From: Macrostomum lignano
Taxonomy: Eukaryota
Direction of reading: 5' to 3'
DNA: 64,000 bases
Assembly (NCBI GenBank): GCA_002269645.1
Contig: NIVC01000568.1
Span: 436,039 to 500,038, forward strand
This document shows, in pieces, positions 1-10,723 of the stretch. Numbering within the stretch: the first letter of the stretch is position 1; each line of letters starts with the position of its first letter. The position numbers and the translations under genes are program-made. The notes below the pieces were generated by a model. The model had not been told where the DNA came from. It ran no database searches and saw only the letters and a program-made list of their open reading frames with translations.

Positions 1-345
1 ATCAAGGTGCTTCGTCCAGCGCAGGTCATGCGTTAGCGTCACACCGAGGTATTTGACCTCCTTCTTGAAGGGGATGTTTCTGCCATAGACAGTGAGGTTT
101 TTCATCTCCCACTTACGGCGCTTGGTGAAAACGACAGCGACAGTCTTAGTGACGCTGATTTTTAGGCCATGCTGTGTAGCCCAGTCGGCCGCCTTGTCGG
201 CGAATTGCTGCATCAGGTTGCGCAGAGTGGCGGGGTCGGGTCCGCTGACGACCGCGGCAACGTCATCGGCGTAGCCCGCCCTGGTGATACTGCTGGGAAT
301 GTCAGCGGTGACAACTGATGTAGAAGGACGCTGCACTAGATTTTC
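1..345 (-). mobile_element. Non-LTR retrotransposon reverse transcriptase fragment (C-terminal part, 5'-truncated; runs off the window start)
   Basis: Manual minus-strand translation gives ...[47 protein letters not shown]...[25 protein letters not shown] is at 262-273 and the KYLG motif follows. Confidence 0.85.
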
Positions 346-1244
346 TTAGAAAAACTCAAACAATGGGTCAGTTTTACCATCTCGAATTGTCTATCGTTCA
401 CAAGTCTTCATTCTGTTAGTGCATTTGCAAATCCCTGTTTCACATGCATAATGCTCTACTCGTTGAACTACTAACTATCACAAGACTATAAAATAAGAGA
501 TCTTACCGTCTTCATCGCTTGAGCTCTTGGCGGCCAGCTGTTGTGCTGGTAGCTCTGCGTTCTTACAGTAAGGCTGCTTATACGCTGCTTGTCTCTTTGC
601 GTCTCTCACTGCCTCTCTCTTTCCGTGTGACTCGCCAAGCCCTTGAATCGATCCCAATTCCCCAATAGCAGCACGCCTAAACCCGCGCCTTAATCAATCA
701 ATCAGTCTGCTCTTTAGCTACAAAACTGCCAACGTACTCAGCAGTATTGTAGCTTTTTAGCAGGCGCTTTAAGTCTTTCTTGTACGTTGAATAAAAAACC
801 TACTATTGTAGTTCTTACACCAGCATTGGATGAGGTCTGCACAGGATGCGCCTATATAGCTATCTATGTGCGAGAGCGTATAATGAATGCAAATTTGCCC
901 AGCAGACATTTGATCTGAGTGCACAATTTATTGCATTTGGTTCGCGAATCTTCTGATTAGTAACAATTTGCATTGCACAGGCTATCTACATGTATAGGGA
1001 GGCTTCTAGGGCAGAAAAGGGCGTTGACTGCAAGACGGAATTCGAAGTTGTAGGAGTGAGAATTTATTTGATTAGCACTGAGAATGATCCAACCACGCGA
1101 CCTAAGCTACAAGCGTAGATCTGGCACCCAATTTTGCTTAAATGGTTCAATGCCTTTCTAATGATGTGCGAACAAAATCTGCCTGTAATTACAAATTTTA
1201 TCCCAGATTAGCTTTCATAATTCCTCTCCGGTCCACAGCCACCC

Positions 1245-1612
1245 CCTCCTCTCACCCCCAGCAACCCCTCCTCTCACCCCAGCCACCCTTCCTCTCACCC
1301 CCAGCAACCCCTCCTCTCACCCCAGCAACCCCTCCTCTCACCCCAGCCACCCCTCCTCTCACCCCCAGCAACCCCTCCTCTCATACCCGGCCACCCCTCC
1401 ACTCACTTCCCGGCCACCCCTCCACTCACTTCCCGGCCACCCCTCCTCTCACTTCCCGGCCACCCTCCACTCACTTCCCGGCCACCCCTCCACTCACTCC
1501 CCGGCCACCCCTCCACTCACTCCCCGGCCACCCCTCCACTCACTCCCCGGCCACCCCTCCTGTCACTCCCGGCCACCCCTCCTCTCACTCCCGGCCACCC
1601 CTCCTCTCACTC
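1245..1612. repeat. C-rich minisatellite; 21-bp units (CCCCAGCAACCCCTCCTCTCA) grading into 23-bp units (CTTCCCGGCCACCCCTCCACTCA)
   Basis: Head-to-tail repeats are visible directly. The Pro/Thr-rich ORF 1142..1795 is their translation. Confidence 0.95.
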
Positions 1613-1990
1613 TTTTCTCAAACCCCTAGTCACATCCAACCCGCCTCATTTAAAGATAAAGGTAAAGATGAGTATTTTTATTCGCAGTTCTATAGATCAA
1701 TCGATTTAACGGTATTATGGAAGTCAATAAGTGAAATTTACTTTATTTTTAAGTCATACTTTATACTTTGTTCTTTACCTTCCTTCATGGAATAATAACA
1801 GTAAATTTTTATGCCGATATGAATGGAGCAAACGAACCACTTCAAGCGTAAGAGCAAGCGTACTTTAGAGCGTAGCAGGATTACAGGTTTGCTTAGCTCA
1901 CTACTTTGCTGCTGCAAGTGAAATAATTAGTCAGTAACGAAAATAAGCAGTTTTTTTAAGTAAAGTGCAGAAAAATATTCGTTGCCATTG

Positions 1991-2038
1991 TCAGCGATTC
2001 TGCTTGCGAAACTTTGCACGTCGGTTTTTGAACCAAAC
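1991..2038 (-). CDS. gsc: Goosecoid-like homeobox gene, exon 3 (VWFKNRRAKFRKQNR*)
   Basis: Acceptor ctatttacttcctttcag|GTTTGGTTCAAAAACCGACGT encodes recognition helix WFKNRR (K50). TGA is at 1991-1993. Confidence 0.9.
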   Translation of the reverse strand, partial: VWFKNRRAKFRKQNR

Positions 2039-2130
2039 CTGAAAGGAAGTAAATAGTGCTGATTCTATTGGTCTCTTTCAGTTGTGGTGTTGGTGTCTAT
2101 CTGGTAAATTGGGATTCTAATGGATATGGT

Positions 2131-3790
2131 GGCACCACAAACCATCAGGTAAGGCTTGGCGACACAAACCATCAGGGTTGGCGCCACAAACCATCAGGGT
2201 TGGCGCCACAAACCATCAGGGTTGGCGACACAAACCATCAGGGTTGCCGCCACAAACCATCAGGGTTGGCGACACAAACCATCAGGGTTGGCGACACAAA
2301 CCATCAGGGTTGGCGACACAAACCATCAGGGTTGGCGACACAAACCATCAGTGTTGGCGCCACAAACCATCAGGGTTGGCGCCACAAACCATCAGGGTTG
2401 GCGCCACAAACCAGGGTTGGCGCCACAAACCATCAAGTTAGAGTTGGCGTCACAAACCATCGGGTTAGAGTTGGCGCCAAAAGCCATCAGGTTAGGGTTG
2501 GCGCCAAAAGCCATCAAGTCAGAGTTGGCGCCACAAACAATCAGGTTAGGATTGGCGCCACAAACCATCAGGTTAGGGTTGGCGCCACAAGCCATCAGGT
2601 TAGGGTTGGCGCCAAAAGCCATCAAGTCAGAGTTGGCGCCACAAACAATCAGGTTAGGATTGGCGCCACAAACCATCAGGTTAGGGTTGGCGCCACAAGC
2701 CATCAGATTGGTGCTAGGCAGTGATCAGGTTGGTGCTATGCAGTGATCAGGTTGGTGCTAGGCAGTGATCAGGTTGGTGCTAGGCAGTGATCAGGTTGGT
2801 GCTATGCAGTGATCAGGTTGGTGCTAGGCAGTGATCAGGTTGGTGCTAGGCAGTGATCAGGTTGGTGCTAGGCAGTGATCAGGTTGGTGCTAGGCAGTGA
2901 TCAGGTTGGTGCTAGGCAGTGATCAGGTTGGTGCTAGGCAGTGATCAGGTTGGTGCTAGGCAGTGATCAGGTTGGTGCTAGGCAGTGATCAGGTTGGTGC
3001 TAGGCAGTGATCAGGTTGGTGCTAGGCAGTGATCAGGTTGGTGCTATGCAGTGATCAGGTTGGTGCTTGGCAGAGGCGCCACAAGCCATCAGGTAGGTGC
3101 TAGGCAGTGGCGCCACAAGCCATCAGGTTGGTGCTAGGCAGTGGCGCCACAAGCCATCAGGTTGGTGCTAGGCAGTGGCGCCACAAGTCATCAGGTTGGT
3201 GCTAGGCAGTGGCGCCACAAGCCATCAGGTTGGTGCTAGGCAGTGGCGCCACAAGCCATCAGGTTGGTGCTAGGCAGTGGCGCCACAAGCCATCAGGTTG
3301 GTGCTAGGCAGAGGCGCCACAAGCCATCAGGTTGGTGCTTGGCAGTGATCAGGTTGGTGCTAGGCAGTGGCGCCACAAACCATCAGGTTGGTGCTTGGCA
3401 GAGGCGCCACAAGCCATCAGGTTGGTGCTAGGCAGTGGCGCCACAAGCCATCAGGTTGGTGCTAGGCAGTGGCGCCACAAGCCATCAGGTTGGTGCTAGG
3501 CAGTGGCGCCACAAGTTATCAGGTTGGTGCTAGGCAGTGGCGCCACAAGCCATCAGGTTGGTGCTAGGCAGTGGCGCCACAAGCCATCAGGTTGGTGCTA
3601 GGCAGTGGCGCCACAAGCCATCAGGTTGGTGCTAGGCAGTGGCGCCACAAGCCATCAGGTTGGTGCTTGGCAGTGGCGCCACAAGCCATCAGGTTGGTGC
3701 TAGGCAGTAGCGCCACAAGCCATCAGGTTGGTGCTAGGCAGTGGCGCCACAAGCCATCAGGTTGGTGCTAGGCAGTAGCGCCACAAGCCA
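2131..3790. repeat. Compound minisatellite filling gsc intron 2 (22-, 27-, 22- and 34-bp units)
   Basis: Successive units are GGCGMCACAAACCATCAGGGTT, GGCGCCACAAACCATCAGGTTAGGGTT, GGCAGTGATCAGGTTGGTGCTA and GGCAGTGGCGCCACAAGCCATCAGGTTGGTGCTA. Confidence 0.95.
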
Positions 3791-3825
3791 GAAGCAGGTC
3801 GCAATTACTGTAAACATGCACTCGC

Positions 3826-4154
3826 CTCGACCCGTTCCTCTCGCAGCTGAATCCTGGCCGCCAGCTGCTCCCTGATGGTCACATCCGGGTAGTGGGTCAG
3901 CGCGAACAGTCGCTCCAGCTCCTCCAATCGGCGCTCACTAAATATGGTTCGATTACGTCGTCTTCGCCCGAAGCTCCGACGGTTCTGCTCTTCCATGACC
4001 TGCCGCGGCTCCGCTACTGAAAAAGATGGAGGCTGCTGCAGAGGCTGCTGCGGAGGCTGCGTCGGCAAGATGAAAGAGCAGCGACAGTCGTGATAAGCGG
4101 CAAATGCGGGCGCAATAAGTTGTTGCTGCTGCAGAAGCTGAACAAAATTATTGC
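3826..4154 (-). CDS. gsc: Goosecoid-like homeobox gene, exon 2 (homeodomain residues 1-46: [47 protein letters not shown])
   Basis: Acceptor ttgttcaacag|GC at 4155-4156 fits phase 1. The exon ends GAG|GCGAGT (GC donor) at the typical paired-class intron position 46/47. LREERVEVWFKNRRAK is characteristic of Gsc. Confidence 0.9.
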
Positions 4155-4379
4155 CTGTTGAACAACGTATGGTAAATTAGCAGGTGATGTAGCTAAATCC
4201 CAACAGGTGCCGGCTTTGACCCTACAAGATCTTAGTTTAACAGGACGCATACACACACTGGCGGTAAGTAAAAGTTTCCTGATCAACAGGTGGTATGACT
4301 AAATTTAACAAGAATTGTATACGTAGTTTGTAGGTTGTATACGTAGGCTCCAACAGATTATGAGCCGCACACAACTCAC

Positions 4380-4527
4380 ACAGGTGCGCGCTTGTTTGAT
4401 TCCGTAGTAGAGCCCGATAATTGCTGATATCTGCAGCTCCGGCAGCTCCAAGTTCGCTCGACACCGGAGTGTGCAGTATGCTGTCAATGGTGAAACTCAC
4501 TGTTGAGTTGCTTCCAGCTTGGCTCAT
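4380..4527 (-). CDS. gsc: Goosecoid-like homeobox gene, exon 1 with eh1 motif (FTIDSIL)
   Basis: ATG at 4527 and donor T|GTGAGT at 4379. The 148 nt (phase 1) join exon 2 in frame, giving 174 aa. An N-terminal eh1 motif plus a K50 homeodomain is the Gsc architecture. Confidence 0.8.
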
Positions 4528-4585
4528 TCTAGATCGAGTGTGTCAGCCCCACGGTTGAAATCAGAGAGCGTCCCCGCACACGGGG

Positions 4586-4593
4586 TTTAAATA
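4586..4593 (-). promoter_or_regulatory. Possible TATA-like box (TATTTAAA) upstream of gsc
   Basis: Located about 60 nt upstream of the gsc ATG on the minus strand. Motif match only. Confidence 0.3.
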
Positions 4594-5154
4594 GACACAA
4601 GATCCTCTCTGGAGCGGCCTGCAATCCGATGAGCTTAGAAACCGATGGAGTGATGATGCGATGATGAAAGTTTACTTTTCGCCCAGGCATGTTCCGCGCC
4701 CAGCCTCCTGGCGAAGGGAACCGCGCCAGATGGAGGCTCTTCGAGTGTGTGCGGAAAAATCTCAGAAGCCCAAATCCGATCCCTGGGACTCGAACGTTTT
4801 CAAGGTCTGCCGAAGACAAATACCATAAGACTCTTCTCAGCTTTGATTTTCATTAATTCCCCACCTCCAAAGCTGATTGCCACGGGAAGTCTTCCCGTAC
4901 TGTCGGAATTCCCCGAATGGTGGCGAAAGAAGAGCCCCACACGAAATTAGCTGCTGAAATTCAACACTGCGGTGGCAGGAGACTCTGACCCAAGCTGCCC
5001 GCCGCAGGACGGGAGCCGCCAAGCAACAAGTTTTTTAGAAATTTTTTTCGGGAATGGGGAATCAAGCCAGTTTGCTTTTTGCTCAGTAAAAGATATGCAT
5101 AGACAGAGGAAATTTGAAAATATAGGCACTTTCTCGAATCAGGGTTTCATACTC

Positions 5155-5487
5155 GTAGCTCAGAGCCTCATAGCTCAGAGTCCCGTAGCTCAGAGCCTCA
5201 TAGCTCAGAGCCTCATAGCTCAGAGCCTCATAGCTCAGAGTCTCATAGCTCAGAGCCTCATAGCTCAGAGCCTCATAGCTCAGAGTCCCGTAGCTCAGAG
5301 CCTCATAGCTCAGAGCCTCATAGCTCAGAGCCTCATAGCTCAGAGTCTCATAGCTCAGAGCCTCATAGCTCAGAGCCTCATAGCTCAAAGCCTCATAGCT
5401 CAGAGCCTCATAGCTCAGAGTCCCGTAGCTCAGAGTCTCATAGCTCAGAATCCCATAGCTCAGAGTTTCATAGCTCAGAGTCTCATG
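5155..5487. repeat. 15-bp minisatellite (AGCTCAGAGCCTCAT), about 22 copies
   Basis: Direct tandem repeats; they translate as IAQSL / SYEAL. Confidence 0.95.
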
Positions 5488-5612
5488 GTACGTAGGACTT
5501 CTTGAATCCACATACCTGGAGAACCGACAAAAACTACTGAAATATTTTTTCCAAGGACCACACTAGATCCAAGGATATAATACTAGTGATCCTTGTATTT
5601 ATCTACAAAAAG

Positions 5613-5739
<127 letters not shown>

Positions 5740-6460
5740 TGCCAGGACCTGCACCGGAGCGGTTACGAAAATTAGATTTCTCGGTAGTTGCACGCACTCT
5801 TTTGCACTACTTGAGTAGTCTGATTTTCGTTCGGCATAGCTGTTTCCAGCAGGTAGTTCCTCTGGTAAAAGCGCTTACCGCACCCATTGGCTTTCCAGCT
5901 GCCTTAATCGTTTCCGGTGATCTTGTGTGCGTGCTTTCAGCTTGATTGGCTGCGGCAAGCAAGCTCGAAAGAGCTCGCTTCGCTCGCTCTTTCTCACTAT
6001 CTACTATCTATCTATCTGTCTATCAGACATGCACACTTTGCAGAGCTGTTTCGAAATTAGACGAATTTTTTCTTACTAGAAAACTGTATATCCAATATTA
6101 ATTTTTGTTGTCTCCACTAGCCAGACGTTTGTCAATTCCCACACTCTAAATTTACTTTGTAGAACTGATCAGAATACTGCAGCTGGCACCCATGAAGCTA
6201 TATCCATATTTGTAGAGAAATTCGTGCAATTTCTGCTAGAGACATTTTCCCTATCTAAACTTAAGTCGAGTTCCATTGTTTGAACGAAATTCAGATCCGG
6301 TTGCAAAACTCAAAAAGGAAATCTACAAGCTACATGTGCCAGCTACTTTATTTGTTGAAGTTTGCATCCGGCATTGGGTTGGTGTGACCTGCCAACATTT
6401 ATCATGGTAACTGCAAACTCTGATATTTACCACCGATCCAGCGCTACTGGGCAAACAGGT

Positions 6461-7063
<603 letters not shown>

Positions 7064-7219
7064 CCGACCGCCATCAGTTTTATATTTCCAGCCGAAGTTG
7101 TTTGCTTATTGATTCGATCAATATCTTCGATCATAAACGGATCTTTTAAAAACTTTGAGAGATGCAGTTAATCCTAAATATTGTTGCTGTCATCTCATAG
7201 TTAAAACAAAAAGTTTTAA

Positions 7220-7641
7220 TTAGACAACCAGCAGTAGTTTGATGCTTTTCAACGAGTAGCTTCCATCGGCGCCGCTCCAATAGTATCTGCCAACAGAGGA
7301 AGATCGAGTGGCAAAGTAGATTCCGTTTGGGTTGCAATGCGAGCAGGATTTGAACCACCAACCCCCATTGCCTCCCGAAGAAGAGCAGAATACAGAACTA
7401 TGCTGATCATTGTCTCTGTCCATTGTGGAAAACTGCATCCCCTTGTGATAAAATAGAGAGTCAGATGTTGTGTTGGAGCTGCCGGACAGATACTTGTCGA
7501 AGGTCATCGTGTAGTTAGTGCTGGCGTTTCCCACGGAGAAGCCGGAGTACTCGCAGACGTACAACACATTCGACCAGGTGACAGCTTCCACTCTCAGGCG
7601 CCTGGGCGTGTTTCCAGTCAGTTCGTGTATTTTTCGCAGAC
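7220..7641 (-). CDS. Fibrinogen C-terminal (FReD) domain protein, last exon
   Basis: Acceptor tcattcag|GT. Encodes LRKIHELT...GMQFSTMDRDND...C...GGWWFKSC..CNPNG, which are hallmark FReD motifs. TAA at 7220-7222. Confidence 0.9.
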
Positions 7642-7719
7642 CTGAATGACAATTGGCAAACACTGAGTAATTCACTCAGTTAAAATCTTAGATAGTTTGC
7701 ATTCTGCAGAACTGCTCAC

Positions 7720-7818
7720 CCATCCAACCGTCGACCTCGTTGCCGAATCCGTTTTCGTACTCGGACCAGCTCCTGGCGAAGCTCAGACTGGCGCCAGTTC
7801 GAATCAGCATGACTCCAT
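7720..7818 (-). CDS. FReD domain protein, middle exon (DGVMLIRTGASLSFARSWSEYENGFGNEVDGWMG)
   Basis: Matches the FxRxWxEYxxGFG motif. Acceptor ctaccag|AT and donor G|GTGAGC; both are phase 1 and consistent. Confidence 0.85.
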
Positions 7819-7917
7819 CTGGTAGATCTGTCACCGGTTTCATGAGCCCAATATTTACTAATAAGCAATAAGTATAAATGTAAGAAAGTATTTTCTGGTA
7901 TAATGATCTATCATTAC

Positions 7918-8056
7918 CTTTCCAGCGGATTCGATACACGAGGCTTCCAGGAGCAGTCGCGGCAAAGTCCGCATTCCTGGCAGCAGAGAAAAGGCAGAAC
8001 CGCGAGCCCGATACGAAAGCAGTGGCAGATAAATAATCTGACCAGGGACTACTCAT
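7918..8056 (-). CDS. FReD domain protein, first visible exon
   Basis: ATG at 8056 and donor AAAG|GTAATG in phase with the next exon. No signal peptide is visible, so further upstream exons are possible. Confidence 0.55.
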
Positions 8057-9722
8057 GAATCTGACAGTCTTTTATTGCCTGATAAATACTGCGGTTGCTC
8101 AGGCAACCGGATTTTCTCCCCTCCAACCCACTGTTTCCCTCTCTCACTCACTCACTATTTCTGCATTGGGATGGCTCTACCCTCAGTTTTCTACTTTAAG
8201 TAGCAAGTTGAGTATTCAGGTCGTGCCATTAACTAGTTTCTGATCTGCATAACTTTCTTTCTGTTTTTATCAAGGATGTATCTGCAAAATATTGTTAGTT
8301 ATCGGATAGGCTTTGCGCCCAGTTTTTCAAAACGCAATATTTTTAGTTAGCACTGTTTCGACTGCAAGATATGTAAAAGATTATGCAAAAGATGTAAATT
8401 ACCGGAAAGCACAAGCCATCATAAATTTTCCACAGAAACCCAGCCTTGACTTTTCGATGTCGGTTATAAACTAGGGCTTTAAGTTAGCCAAATCGATAGT
8501 TTGCTGACAGACCTGCAAGCAGTACAGTCCGGCAAGTGTGTTTATAAATACGAACTGCAAGGGCGCAATGATAAAAGGACGGCAGGCATCCATCTCGCTG
8601 CTCAGCCAAACTACGCGCCTTACTCCGCAGCCCGCGAATTCATTCGCCCCCTCCCAGGGGAGCAGAGCCTCGGGCACTCACGCTGGTTCTTTCCCGCGCC
8701 ATTTTTTTTTACGTTCGTCCATCTTTCCTTCCTGCGTTCTTTCGTTTCTATTTCCCATTTTCAGCGCTATCTCCCTCTCACTAGGATCGCGTATTCCTAA
8801 TTCCCTTTTTTCTTCTCCCGCACTCACTTTGCGTCCCGTGGAGGGCGGGGCAATATTGGCCGCATGTTCGGCACCACCTTGGCCAAAGGCTTCCGCCCGC
8901 TGCTCACACCCGGCGTGCCTGCTCGGGCCTCTCCGGCTGATTTATCTCACTATGGACCCAGTATATAGCCCATAATTCCTCTCACCACATTCTCCCTTCC
9001 CGGTTGCCCCCGCTCTTTCTAGGCACTTAGTCCCGGTACAATTAAGCCTTCTCTCCCGCTATCGGCTTATCTTCAACTCAACCTCCTCCTCTTAACTACC
9101 CTCGTTTTTTTTCTTCCGCAAAGCAGCGCGGCAAAGCAGCTGCACGGGCCTCTCCTTGGGCCCCGCATATTTCAGTTACCCGACGCACGTCAATAAGGCC
9201 GGGCACTTGCACGCAAAGAGCTCGCACAAGTGCATGGTAATCAGTTAGTAATCGGCACTTTGCTGCGCTCGTTTGTCTGTCTCCGAGTGTCTCTAATTAG
9301 GGCTGATTTCGAATCGCTCGTCGCAGGTTTATAGGTCTATTGCATTTATTCAGATTCATTTGTTTTCCACTCACGCGTCGTGCAATTTTGCAGACTAAAA
9401 AGAAGCTTATACATTTGTCAACAAGGAAACTCAAGTCACGAAAACTAATAATCCACCTATACTATATTGCGCTAAAGTGCTGGAAGTTACAATTTTTTGT
9501 CAAGGCATTACTTCCGAGCAATAGATGCAGTGCTGAGTTTAATATCTATTGGCGATTGAGCAGATGACTGGGGAGGGACAATCAATGTGTCACAGAATTC
9601 GCTTTTCTGTAATCCGCCATAGAATACGGTTCGTAACTTCTGAGGACTGATAGCGGGCTGAGCTACGAGCTATAATAAATAATCTCAACAGACGGCTTTG
9701 GTTTTCTATATAGTACGAGTAC

Positions 9723-10464
9723 TGTAATGACTTAGAAGTAAGTCTTGACGTTTAGTCCAAAGCTCTGCCTGGGAGGGGGTTTCACAAACTCGAAATTTCA
9801 CAACGTCGAAAGCACCCTCCTTCATAAGGTCGAAATATTCATAAGGTAGAAATTTCACAACATCGAAAACTTTAGCAAGAGACTTCATAAGGTCGAAATT
9901 TCACAAGGTCGCGAAAACTCAAATAGCAGCCACTTCACAAGTTTGAGTTTCGATGTTATGAAATTTCAACCTTGTGAAATTTCGACCTTATGAAAGTGGC
10001 TGCTTTTCGAGTTTTCGATGTTGTGAAATTTCGACCTTGGGAAATTTCGACCTTATGAGGTATTCTGCTAGAGTTTTCGATGTTGTGAAATTTCGACCTC
10101 GTAAATTTCGACCTTATGAAGTCTCTTGCTAAAGTTTTCGATGTTGTGAAATTTCGACCTTGTGAAGTTTCGACCTTGTGAAAGCACCCCCCTGGGAGCG
10201 GATCCCGTGAGCAGGCAGGCAGTCAGTAAAAACGTGGAGAGACCGAGGGGGTCGTGTTTGCCGTTATATTTCTGGGCTCTGGGCCCGAACCGTATAGGCG
10301 TGCTGTGGTACGAACACGTACAGGGGATGCGTAGCATGAAGCAATGGAGAGCGTGCAGTAGGGGTGACACGGTGAGTCAGTGAGGGGAACAATCGGTGCT
10401 GCTTAGTCAGTGGGAGAACGCATACTGGCCCTGCTGCGGAGGGTCCGCAGCCCAGGCCAGGACA
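9723..10464 (-). repeat. 3' LTR of the Gypsy element (TGTCC...TTACA; about 319 bp once the nested foldback insertion is removed)
   Basis: Begins with TG immediately after the PPT and ends with CA immediately before the TSD. Confidence 0.85.
9776..10190. mobile_element. Non-autonomous foldback element nested in the Gypsy 3' LTR; 8-bp TSD CCTGGGAG
   Basis: TSD at 9768-9775 and 10191-10198. Ends are GGGG...TTTCACAA and TTGTGAAAGCACCCC. The arms are inverted arrays of GAAATTTCAC/GAC(A/C)AGGTC-type subrepeats. Confidence 0.85.
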
Positions 10465-10723
10465 TCTCCCCCCTCAGGCTGGTGCTCAGCCGAGTCGAAG
10501 TCGGTCAGGAGGTACCCTGGCTCGCTCGGGTACCGCCGGGCCGGCGAGCCCGCCGCAGGCTTCACAATGCCATCGCCAGGCCGGGCCGGCGCCAGGTTTC
10601 CGTCGAAGAGCCGTCCTGGTGCCGCTGGCAGGTCGCCGGTCTCGGCAAACGTCCTGGTCGGTCTTGGCGACTGCTGGAGCGCTGCCTCCTGCTGCCGGTG
10701 ACGGTTGCTGACGAGCGATGGCG

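Noticed and set aside
505-677. Possible minus-strand exon (…GESHGKREAVRDAK…SSSDEDG|GTAAG)
   Set aside because: It has an open frame and a good donor, but a weak acceptor, no ATG, no recognisable homology and no partner exon in the window.
8500-9300. GC-rich segment with recurring GGCACT words, possibly an LTR or regulatory region
   Set aside because: No terminal repeats, TSD or credible protein were found.
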